Assembly (NCBI RefSeq): GCF_052425735.1
Contig: NC_135765.1
Coordinates: 1,116,001-1,180,000, forward strand
Source of the DNA: Oculina patagonica
Lineage: Eukaryota
Direction: 5' to 3'
Length of the DNA stretch: 64,000 nucleotides
The notes beneath the pieces were generated by a model, which ran no database searches, was not told the origin of the DNA, and saw only the letters and a program-made list of their open reading frames with translations. Positions 11,785 to 23,600 of the stretch are shown one piece after another. A program made the translations under genes and the position numbers. Within the stretch, counting starts at the first letter, position 1, and each line of letters opens with the position of its first letter.

Positions 11785-14700
11785 ATGTCGACGAATGGAC
11801 ATTTCGGCTGCCTGCTCCATTTGAAGACTCTGTTGGCTATCATTCAAGGTAAGGTTTGTTCTCTTACGAAATGAGTTAATCATGTTAGTTATCAATCCTC
11901 ACTGACTATGATAAGACTCTATATTACGTATACGCGCTGTAACGACCCTGTAGGATAAATATCCATATTTTATATTGCATTGCTCACTGTGTCAGGGACA
12001 AAAAACATTACATTTTTCATGTCAGTGGATGTTGTATGACATCGGAAATGCCTGATGGCTAAATCTCAAAACATGACAACCACAGAGAAAATAATAAATG
12101 TTCTTGTTCTAAAGGACAGCCAAAACTTTTTAACTTCCCCTAACTGACTTGCATGCAACTGCATAAAATAAACGCGAGGAAGTAAACCTGAAATCTAAAA
12201 GCTTTAACATTAGAAACCAGCTAGGGCCACAGTCCGACATCCGTCAATGTAACCCGCGAAGTCTTTTGACAACATAATGTAAACGACGTTCGAAGGGTAA
12301 ACTAAACAAACTTCGGTATTCAAAAAGTTTTGGTAAAACTAAACAAGATGTAAAATTGAAGAAATTGACGGTCTTTTTTGACATTAATATGTCACGTTTA
12401 GTAGAACTGGTTAAAATAGAGTTAATTCAGACAGTACCGAATTGAATTGCTCCGGATACTTTTTAAGATAAACTTTTTTATTTCCCTCTAAACATTTATT
12501 AACTTCTCAGACTAAACAAATATGTAGGTCCGCACTTGAAAATATTTCACATAACAGCTCAATAAAGAGTGAATCATTTGTCCGGCGCGCCAACATCCGG
12601 ACTAGTGAGTCGAAGCAGGCAATTCTAGAAGTTCTTATTAGACTTATTTGGAAGAAAATTGTGTCGCACCAGGCATGGATCAGAATTATTTACTTGTACA
12701 TACGTAATCATCGCCCTCTAATCTGTTTAACACCCTGTTCATGACATCAATAAGCTTAAAATGTCTTTTTCTCTACGTCATGTTTGACATGTAATTACGG
12801 AAGGAATGTTTTAGAATTTTAATGAGATGGAATCAAGCCATCAATGTACCGAAAAAAGCTATCATTAGCTAGATGTCAGAAAGCTACGAAAACAGGGGCA
12901 ACAATCCAGTGTAGATGTCGCAATCGTCGTTTTTCTCTTCCTGTAGTTTCGTGGTTTTCTCGAAATGAAGCAATGCGATGCTCTGGCCTTGTCACACCAA
13001 GCCTGGAAAGCCTAGCCTGCGTTGCAGACGGACAACAGACGCAGGCTATGGCAGCAAGGGAAAAAATCGAAAACAGTACAGACACTACACAAGTAGCCGA
13101 TTGCGAAATTTTGAAAAGTCACGCTAAAGCTATGGCCCGAGCACCGGTTGTACCCAGCGTATCGCGTGACAAGCGAAAAACGCGCGAAAGTCGCACTTCG
13201 CGCTCATCACGCAATCTAATCTGTTGGCTCGCCAACATTTCCGGTCATTGCACTGGTTTAGTAAGTGTGAGTAGTTTTGGCCTTGAAGAAGAGAAATTAA
13301 CCACCCCTTCGCCCCAGATCAATAATTAATTTGCACTAAAACCAAAACTGACGCGCCATTTTCTCATCACTGAAAAGGGTGAGGGGTGGTCTTGATTTTC
13401 CTTTAGATTACTGAAGATTGCAACCTTGGTCGGTATAAAAAGAGAAATGAGATCCTAGTTCAAAAACGTTCAAACCTTTTACCGTCCGAACAACGGGATA
13501 ACCATTCCAAACATTTTAAAAGGTCGGTAAAAAAATTCAATGAAAAGCGATCTCTGCTTAAAAAAATTAAAGATAAAAAGAAGCTTTCGACTACCAGCCT
13601 GTAGTCTTTAACGAGTAACGAGTAACATTACTCGTTAAAGACTACAGACTGGTAGTCGAAAGCTTGTTTTTATCTTTAATTTTTTAAGCAGAGATCTCTT
13701 TACCGAATGTCTTATTCTGGTTACTCGTCCATTTTTAATTTTAAAAGTATTAGTTGTATGTTTGAATTTACTCATTTTTTATTCCGATTTTCAGCTACCT
13801 TGGCTCTCCTAAGCAGCAGTTTTCAAGGTAATCAAGCTGCAACCATCACGGTTTCACCCAGCTCATCAGTTTTACCTTCGTCGACAATCCAAAGGAACTT
13901 TACGACAAACTCTTGGTCTCTTAATGAAACTACAATGAACTCCTTACGAACAACCGCCATTGTTTCATCTGTTATGACTTCCTCGTCATCAAGTGCGGCA
14001 CAAAGCTTGGTACACTCAACATACACGTATACAAAGACTTGGACTCACTCCTCTGGAGCAACTATGTCACCAACAACAAGCATAAAGGCTGTCAGTCAAT
14101 CTAACTACACAACTGCGCCCGCATTACCGACCACTAAGCTAATTATAAAAGGACTTCCAAGTGTGAAGGTCGTTGCGGCGATAGCGGGCGTCTTAGGAGC
14201 AATTCTTGTGATGCTTTTGGCAATAATTGTAAGTATGACTACACTGGATTCTTCTGTGTGGACTGCAAATCACTCTCTTTTTTCTTTGGAGGTATCTTTT
14301 TGTGACGCGCGAATTACTGGGAGGCGCAAGGCGCCGATTAGCAGCGTGCACTGCTGGGCCGGGTTGTCGGCCGAAATCCCGGCACTAACCCAGGTTTAAC
14401 GTTGATCGAGAGTTCAATCTTTCTTGTATAAAAGTGCTTTTATTGTTTAAGTTTTGTATTGTGAAGTTTGAGATGAGTCGACGTCAAAACTGGAGGACAG
14501 ATAAATATAAACAGAAAACGAAAAAAACTGAAAGCCGTGAGCTGAGTAAAAAAAACTAAAATCGAACTTCATAGTAACTGGCTTAATTAGCTGAATCACG
14601 CTTTGAACAACCCGGTCCGGGTGTTCATGGTCAGTGAGCGTTGTATAACGTTTTTGTTCGTGTGTCTGGTAACCATCTTGATAGCTTGCTAGCTGGCGGT

Positions 14701-15142
14701 TTTGTTGGGGTTAACACACTCGCTAGAAAGCGGGAAGCCGCGACAACAAGTGGCAAGGCCGCGAGGGGCCGAAAGAGAAGAAGGTCGCCGCTTGCTCGCG
14801 CGCGCATTAACCCCAACAAAACCGCAAAACCGCCAGCTATGCAAGCTACCACCTTGAAGCTACGAGGCACAGAAGGTTGGGACGAGAGGACGAAGGCGGG
14901 GAGGGTGCGGTCGCCGAGGAGTCCGCTTTCTTCTACTCAAGCCAAGCCACCTGTTCTGTCCGAATCCAAATAAATGGCAAATAAACTTGAAAAGATGCCA
15001 GTTAAGTGAAAATAAATCCTAATTTCTTGGTATGTGTATTTTTCAGGTTTGGTACCTTTGCATAGCGGAGGTTTTGCCGGTAAGACGATCGTCACGTGTG
15101 GCACCCAGTGACGTGACAGAAAGTGTTAGTGACGTGCTCTGA
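11785..15142 (+). CDS. Small mucin-like single-pass membrane protein, 3 exons, about 197 aa
   Basis: Exon 11785-11848: MSTNGHFGCLLHLKTLLAIIQ. Exon 13795-14228: rest of the signal peptide, S/T-rich ectodomain with NFT/NET/NYT sequons, TM VVAAIAGVLGAILVMLLAII. Exon 15047-15142: VWYLCIAEVLPVRRSSRVAPSDVTESVSDVL*. Phases are consistent, 594 nt. Confidence 0.7.
13549..13696. repeat. Near-perfect inverted repeat of about 150 bp (hairpin)
   Basis: gatctctgcttaaaaaaattaaagataaaaa.aagctttcgactaccag.ctgtagtctttaacgagtaa is followed by its reverse complement with only a few nt of spacer. Confidence 0.9.
14682..14848. mobile_element. Short MITE with 9-bp TSD
   Basis: TIR tagcttgc.tagctggcggttttg; flanks ccatcttga / ccaccttga. 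Confidence 0.7.
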
Positions 15143-15827
15143 CAATGTCACGCACGTGCAGATGACTTGTCGCGGGAAGTGTAAACCAGCGGATTCAAAA
15201 AATACGTCACGCAACTTGCCACTGAGAATAATGTAACCGCGATCTTATGAATGGAATCACTGCGGTGTAAAACACCAAAAGTCAACGTTGAATTATCATG
15301 ATCATTCCCCATAAGTATAAAAAGCCCAGAAAACAATGAATCCAGAAGTTTTAACAATGAATCACAATGTGAGAACACATGCTCCCAGACATGACATGGA
15401 TGGCACCGACGTTCAATCCAGTGTTCAAAATGTTTTTCTCCTTAACATAATAATACAAAGGCAGTCATTGAGGTCATGGGAATATATGAATTGATCACCA
15501 AAGAGAAATTAGATTATCTTGAAATATCATCTTCTTCTTGCTCGCATTATAAGAAATGTACGGAGACAAGTCAGGTGAATTTGTATGTGGATAGCTGGTA
15601 AAACATTTCTTCTGTCGATTTTCTTGACTGAAGTCGACGCTTTGTTTTAAGTTGTAAATTATAATAAATTTAAGTTAGCTGTAAATATATATTATATACT
15701 ATATACGAAGTCATAATGTAAATAAAGTTACTGAACTCAAAACAAATTTATCTTCAAATTCCACGACAAATAAAGCATTTATTCCTACTCACCATGTCTT
15801 GATGTCTTGAGCTGTCAATTTGGAAAA

Positions 15828-16747
15828 TAGAGAGGTTAAGCATGACGTTTACCGCAAACGGCAAACGGCAAAAATGAAACTTTTGCCGTCTCTCTTCAGT
15901 TGTATGTACAGTAGAGTGAAATTATTTGTATTTGCAATGGATAGTAGGAGACGTTATTCCATTTTTGTATGCTTTATTTACGGATTAGAAGAAAATAACT
16001 CAAAATCAGAAGTTGTCTTTGCCGTTTGCCGTTAACAGAGAGGTTAAGCATGACGTTTATTTTTCCCGCGAACGGGAAAAAATCAACTTCTGCCGTCTGC
16101 CATTTGGTTTTCGTAAGCTGAAATGAGTAATTTTTAGGCGATGACGTCAGTCAAGCCTTATGCCAGAGGCAGTGGGCGGAATTTGTACCATTTTCTGTTT
16201 CGATTCTGTTGCGATCGACCGATCAATAGGACTCAATATAGAACCAAATGAGTTAACAAGAAATCGCTGCAAAAAACACGAAGCAAAATACGCCTGGAAA
16301 ATTAGAAAGGACTGATACAAAGTATGAACGAAAGAGACAAATTATGTATTTGCGAGTTTTATTGAATTCAGTGAACAGACATGATCACATCTCTACATTT
16401 ACTAATACAATGGAAACTCTTGACCTTGCGTGTCGCTCGCGAGAAGTATTGAATATCGTATATTGAATGTCACACTACAAAATAACGCAACTTTTTGTTG
16501 AACAATCATTCAACACAGAAATTGTCAGCTACTTTTATTTAGTATACGTTAATTTTCCTGAAAATTAGCTAAGACCGCCTTGGGAAACGTCATCGCCTCT
16601 GCATGCACTGCATGCCGTTTATTTCATTTGTTGTCAACGTGGGATTTTTTCCTTATTTTTATGAGGGATAAATTTTAGAATTCGATAAAAAGGTAGCAAA
16701 ATGAAAGGCAAGCTCGCGTTTGCCGTTTGCCGTATAACGTGCTTAAG
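15828..16747. mobile_element. Two adjacent related MITE copies (Harbinger-like)
   Basis: The start agagaggttaagcatgacgttta occurs at about 15829 and 16037, and each copy is closed by tgccgtttgccgt repeats. Confidence 0.55.
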
Positions 16748-17617
16748 GCAACTTAATGGTCGTATGCCAGTCACAAGGCGTCCTAACATGTTAAATCGGT
16801 GACGTTGTGACCGTCAGCCTCATTTCCAAGAAGGCGATGGTGCGTTCACACCGATTTTAGTTGAAATAAAGTTTTGCAAGGACAAAACAAAGCAAACAAA
16901 CAAATGTGAAGTTTTGGATGATGCACTTTTCACATAAAATTAATTAAAGCTTTATGGAAATCGATAAATCGATATACAGTTTATTCATTGACCAAGAAAG
17001 GGACCTGTTTCAATGTGAAAGGATGTGAGGTTAAATCCCGGGGTTACATCAATTTTTCTACGAATATAGTTGTATGGCCTTGAAATCCTGTGGGAGCCGT
17101 AATTGGCAGAAACATAGTGGAATAAAGACCAATAAACTAAGGCCGCTATCTATCCACACTCCTCTTTTAGAGAAACACTTCTTTAAAGCAAGGAGGGACA
17201 GTACCCTGGATTGATTATTAAAAAAAACCTGTAAGACAGTCATCCTCTCTTGATAAAACCTTTAACTTTTTATAAATGTGTACTTTGTATTGTTATAATT
17301 GTGCATGGAACCATTTTACAAAGAAAAGTCAGTGACTTTGAACAAAACAATTATAGCGTGATGCTGGCCCACGGGTTGTGAATATTGCGTGAATTGTCGC
17401 ACGGTTGAAGAGACTTTATACCTGACGACAATTCCGTTGTAATACAAACAATGCTAATTGACTATTCCATTCAACCGCTGTCAACACATCGCGGGCAAAT
17501 CAAGTTGTTGTTTTCACCGAGCGAAGAGACGAGCGAAGAGGCACGAGAGCGCGTAACACTATTGAAGGTTGTTGTTGTGCAACTTTCAACGACGATTTCC
17601 ATGTAAATGACAGAACT

Positions 17618-20600
17618 ATGTACCTAGTTTACATTTTTATGTTGCTGGCTAGCTCGATCGCACTGGTGTCTTGTGAATATTGTGAACCGGTCACTGTAAG
17701 ATCATGCTCAAATGCAGGGTACAGATTCACTGCAAGATTTCCCGATGTGGATGGCACGCCCTATCAAGATTTTCACGCTGCTAGTCTGAACATATACATC
17801 CCGTTATTGGAAACGTGTTCACCAGATTGGGCCAGTACGATCTTATGTTCGCTGTACCTGCCGAAATGCGAAGAAGGACGAAGCACAGCATGGTCCCCTT
17901 GTCGTAAAGTTTGCACGCAGTTTGTCTCCGAATGTCAAAGTACTCTTCGAGCTGCAGGGCTAGCTGGAATGTTTACCGTGCTTTGCGATTTGCTACCTGA
18001 TGGAGACGGGCAGTCAAAAGAATGCTTTTATCCCTCCAACTTTAAGGACACTTCTTCGGGAGGTGAGAGTTTTGGGGCAATTATGTTTACTTGCCGTAGT
18101 TAATAAATTATGTATTTAAATGCATGCATATTTTCAGTAAGGTTATGCTAATATAACTAGTGGTAACCACAGGTTAGAAAGTGCGGGCCTTGACGCACTT
18201 ATACAAAGTACTGGTAGGCAGTGCCGATAATTATAAATAAACGACTGAACAAGGAGGACTGAAATGATCAAATGGACAATAGACAATTATTCTGAGTAAC
18301 GCGTCACGCAAGGATTTTTCGCACGCGGTGCAGTGTGAATTTAGATGTGATTTTTCTCAGTCGGTAAACTCGCTATGTTGTCAGTGTTATAACGAATTTC
18401 TCGACAATAACCGTTGTTGGAATCATTCGCTTTACCGTGGTTTATCTGTGATACAATCACAGCAAATGTTCTCAAAAGCAACACATAACGCCTTCAATGT
18501 CACAGAAGGTTTATCTAATGTGACAAGCTGTTTTTAAAACATCGCTCTTGGAGAACAGATTTTTCTCTTCCGGTGTTACGACAAACTGTCGTGATTAACA
18601 CTTTTTCGCATTCCGATCGTGCTTAGTGGAAGAACAAAAATTTTCAACTTCCGGTTCGGTCCTGGTTTATAAATGTGGCGCGCACGCGTAAAACGCAATC
18701 CGCTGGTCACTGTCAAGATTAGGGTTGCGGGCCTCTCTTGGGCCCGCAATAAGAACAATAAAGGTAACTGTTTTCAAATAAATTATTCACGTCGAAAATC
18801 TTTTGGCTTTTTTAATTTTTCTCCAGGGGAACTCAAGCTCTCCAATTTTTTAGCCAATTTGGTTATCTGTTGTATGTAGTTAATAAATTATGCATTAAAA
18901 TTAGAAGTGTCAATGGTCATGTAGCAGCTTTCACAAGGTCTCGCATGAATGACTCCCTAAAACAATAGAACAAACAACAGGAACAATGCCCCTAGCCCCA
19001 AAAACAATAGCAACTGCTTCACTAGAGGCCAGTAAAATTACAAGCTTAATTACAAGAGCAGCTACACTACTGGGGTCAATTAAACATCCTTTGGGTTTGG
19101 TTATTCAGCTGCGTTATTTGATCTTTACACAATCATGCACTGATGAAGGTCTCAAGAAACTTTTAGACTTTAAAAGGCTTTAAACTACAAGGAGTCGAAA
19201 AGAAGTTTGTAGCAGACGTGTCCAGAACTGTTAGATGCTGCTATGACATGCCACTGTGACATGCTGCCATGGCATAGAATTATTAAAAAGGTTGGAATCA
19301 TAGGCCAATTGCATCAAATTTGAGATTGTAAAATTTGTATTAATTATAAGGCATACCTTAGAGGTGTTGTTGTGCTCCTAATAAAGATGGACTGAAATGG
19401 AAAAATCTTCAATTGTCACCAGAAAAAAAAATGAAAATTTATTCATGCCGAATTCCAGAACCCTAATCAATCTGATACAATGGAGACATGTGGAGCATAT
19501 GAAATTGGGGTCATAATTACCCAAGAGAAACTGGAAACCAAATGGGTGAAAACCACAGCGGAAACCAAATCCAAAAAACCGCTAGTATTTTTTCCAAAAA
19601 CCAACAACCAAATACCAAAAAAGAAAAATCCACATGCCGCAAAAGACACCTTAAAAACACCTCAACCCCTCTCTAGGGGTGGTGAATGGTCCTTCAAAAA
19701 ATGCGTGTCTTGCAAAATTTTAGCCAAATTTCAGGGGTCTTGTCGTCTCAAATTTTTCTTTGACGCCTTCTCGGAGTCTTGATTTCTTTTGCAAGGCTAA
19801 AAAGGTCTCAGGCTCGCAGAAAATATATATAAGTCTCGCCGTCTTCGCAAAGTCTCGCATTTACCATTAGACACCCCTCCTCTCTGATTTTATTTTATTT
19901 TATTACAACATTTTGATATTTATTAATAATTTTAAACTGTTAAGGTTTACACTTCATGCAGTTATTTCATTTTACAGGACCAGTAACAAATGTGTGCTAT
20001 GATGTTGTCGACCAGAAATGCAAGAATGACCTGCACTACAGCAAAACATTAATTCCAACAAATTTACAAAAAGCAGAAGATACAATATTCAAAGTGGTCA
20101 TCGACAGCAACTGCTCAAAGGAGTTAGAAAAGTTTATCTGCTACACACAGTTTCCACCTTGCTATCCAAACCGACCAAGTGTGACATATATACCCTGCAA
20201 ATCGCTCTGCGATACAATCAACAAGAAATGCTGGAAACAGTTCATAAAATCTGGTCTACCATTGCCGCACTGTGATTATATTTATCCCAGGGAGGATAAT
20301 GCAACAGGTCTCTGTGAAGTGAAAGAGTGGCCTGCTCAATGGCCTAAGAAATTCAGACCACCCCCACCCCGTAAGTATGGTACATGTAGTACATAAGGTA
20401 GTGTTGGTGGGTATTTTTTGACACCATTTCTTACGTTTCAGCTGAATTAGCCTCACCATAGAGGTACCTGATAAACAAACAAATTAAGGTCCCTCGCCCC
20501 CATGAGTCTTTATAGCCAACATTGCACTTGTGTGGGGTGACCCTTTTATGTGGAATGGCACCAATTTTAGTATATTTTCACTCCAGTTTGCTTGCAGTTA

Positions 20601-23600
20601 GCTTTTATTTATTGATCAGGGCAATATTACATGTAATGGTATGCATTGAATCAATAGTAGTGTCCTAACCATCAGACAGGCTTTTAGCCAGGCGGCCGTC
20701 CAGCCGTCCAAAGGACGGCCACTTTTCAGAAATAGGTGATTTTCGACGGCCTGTTTTGGGTGGCAATTTACGAACTTCTGTGGTTAATGTAACAAAACAG
20801 TGTGTATAAATTAAAAAAACTTACATTCCTTTTTGCTCTCAAGAGTTGTTTTAGTCTTGCTGGCGTGTTTTTCTTCTCTATTTACACTTTTTTTAGCGAG
20901 TTTCCTTACTGTTTTGTTCGCATGAATCAAAGTTAAGCGAAGCGATTTCACAAGCAAAGCCGCTGTTCAATAATATTAACTCCCCAAGTCGTGCCCAGGC
21001 TGCTCTGCCAGGTGCTAAAAATAAATACGCACGTGGGTGCATATCCGTTCTTTCGTGTAAGTTCGTGGCTTGACAACTTCAAATTTCAATCACTGTTCAT
21101 AACAACTGGAGTTTCTGTCCCAAATATAGTTCAATGTTAAACAAGGTAAGTTGAGGAAAGGATGTAAAATTATCAAGGAAAAACGGCGGTTTAATAGCTT
21201 AATTGAAAGACGTTTACAGCTGCTCAGAATCGTGGAAATCACGTCTTAGAGGCTTCAATTTTTCAAAATTTTATGGGGGGGCATACCCCCAGACCCCTCT
21301 AGAAGCATGGCGCCTGCGGCGCCATGCTATGTGGGCCTTCGGCCCACAACAAAAATGGACGGCCACTTTCTAAATCCTGGCTAAAAGCCTGCCATCAGAT
21401 ACAAGCTAACCGCAAGCAAGCCAGAGTGAAAATAAACAATTAAATTCTGCTGAATAGGGTCTCTTTATGTACTAAGAAAGTGAAACCTGGCTTTTGAACA
21501 AGAATGAGGAGATCTGACAGACTGTCTGCAACCCTTCCAGATTGTTCACAAATGATGTAAACATCAAGTTAAGCACCTTCATCATCTATCATGTTCAAAC
21601 CTTGCTTTCATAGTGAGGCATGGTACCTAAAATTTCATGGAATTTTTATCATAGCATGCTCAAAAATCTTGGCAAATATAGTCTTGGCAAGCATTGTCTA
21701 ACATCCTAAATCCATCAAACTAAGGCATATGCGTCAACTGCTACTGTCGGAAAACCAATGTTGCACTGGCTTGTGGGTGGACAGACTTTAATCTAGTATA
21801 TAACCAGTGGCAGATCCAGGGGTGGGTGCAGGGGGTGCGAAAACAAATGATGTGGCCATTCCATAGTGGTGCACTCCCTCCTAAGAAAAATCCTGGATCC
21901 ACCCCTGTTAACCATGGTCAACTTAGTACTGAAATTGGTATATTAAATAATTTGTTGCATTATTGTTTCACCAGCCATTGGTACCTGTGAAGAACTCACT
22001 GTGAAGTCATGCCGCAATGCTGGATACAAATACACTGCAAAATATCCTAAATTTGGCGACAAGTCCTTTCAAGAGCATAAAGGAGACCTACTGGACATCC
22101 TTATTCCACCATTAACATGCTCCCCTTACAGTAGCTTAATTCTTTGTTCCCTGTTTCTTCCAAAATGTGTTCCTGGAAGTGGTACTCCCATGCTGCCATG
22201 CCGTCAAGTTTGCTTGGATTTTACCGACAAGTGCAAGGTTGAGCTGCAATTGGCCTCGACTCTGGGGATGACCATAGCACTGTGTGACCTTTTGCCAGTG
22301 TATGACGGGACCCCAAACAAGTGCATCATGCCAAAAAAATTCCTGATTAGTTCCACTACCCAGCTGAGTATGTTTGTTACATCCAGCTCTTCTGTTCTGG
22401 TTTGCAACTAGGATGTATTAGCGGAAATGCCTGTTGTTTTGGCCTGTACGTGTACATTTTTAAAACGGGTGGGAATGGCAAAATGGCGAGGAATCGTAAA
22501 AAGAAACACACAATTTTGAGAAAGGCTTCCTAGATTTTGAGATTGAAAGTTCTTTGTTTTTTTTTTGTGTTGTTTTTGTTTGTTTTATTTTATTTTAAAC
22601 AATAGACTGTTAAAACAATCTATAGAAAACTGCACCACCTTATAAATTTGCATTCTGTAATGTTAAGGGAATTTGTAGCTTATTTAGCGAGGATTGAAAT
22701 ATGTTTGTTTTTCTTTGCAGTCTCTGTCAGGGATGTCTGCTACCCAGTGACATCTACCAAGTGTTCCAAAGACCTCCACTATGACAAAACCTTTCTACCA
22801 ACAAAGGACCAAAAAGCTTCGGAACTCACCCTACTACAGCCTATTATAGACTCGGGTTGTTCGCCTGATATTGAAAAATATCTGTGCCAAACCCGTATGC
22901 CTCCATGCACCGCAGATATTTCTGTGGTCCACATGCCGTGCAGGGAGTTCTGTAAGAGAATCACTCGTGACTGTGGTGATGTTTTGAAGGCTCACAGTAT
23001 CCCTGCTCTGCACTGTGATTACTTATTTCCACCAGGAGACAGTTCAAATGGACTGTGTGACTTGAAGCGCTGGCCTGTCCCATGGCCGTGGAAAATCCCT
23101 GAACCAAATCCTCCTGTTTCAGGTAATATGATGAGAAAATTGGATGGTCAGTCTAGCTATCCAACAGTCGGTGGGTCGCTAGGTCGGTCGGTCAAGTCAG
23201 GCAGTCAGTCAGTCAGTCAAGCCAGGCAGGCAGTCAGTCAGTTAGTCAGTCAGTCGGTCAGTCATTGTCCGTCTGTACATCAGTCAGTCAGTCAGTCAGT
23301 CATTCTCCATCAGTCAGTCAGACAAATAGTAAATCAGTCAGTAATTCAATTCAGTCAGTCAGTCAGTCACAGTCAGTCAGTCAGTTGGTCGGTCGGTTGG
23401 TCGATCGGTCAGTCAGTCAATCAGTCAGTCAGTCAATTGATTGGTCAGTTGGTCTGTTGGTCAGTTAGTCAGTCAGTCTGTCACATAAAAGTCAAGAAAT
23501 AATAGAAATGCTGTTTGGGCTGTGTTTACTTTTTAAATTGCTTTTCAAAAATTGCTCTTTTTATTTTTTTTTAATTGAAGAAAATTGATTTCCAAGATAA

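Noticed and set aside
12844-13329. 161-aa ORF and other short ORFs in introns and intergenic DNA (e.g. 14641-14973, 42149-42595, 45250-45669)
   Set aside because: No domain signal or splice support; they mostly overlap repeats or MITEs.
23123-23502. SQSV-rich C-terminal extension of ORF 22648-23502
   Set aside because: Read-through past the donor at 23123 into an intronic (TCAG)n microsatellite.
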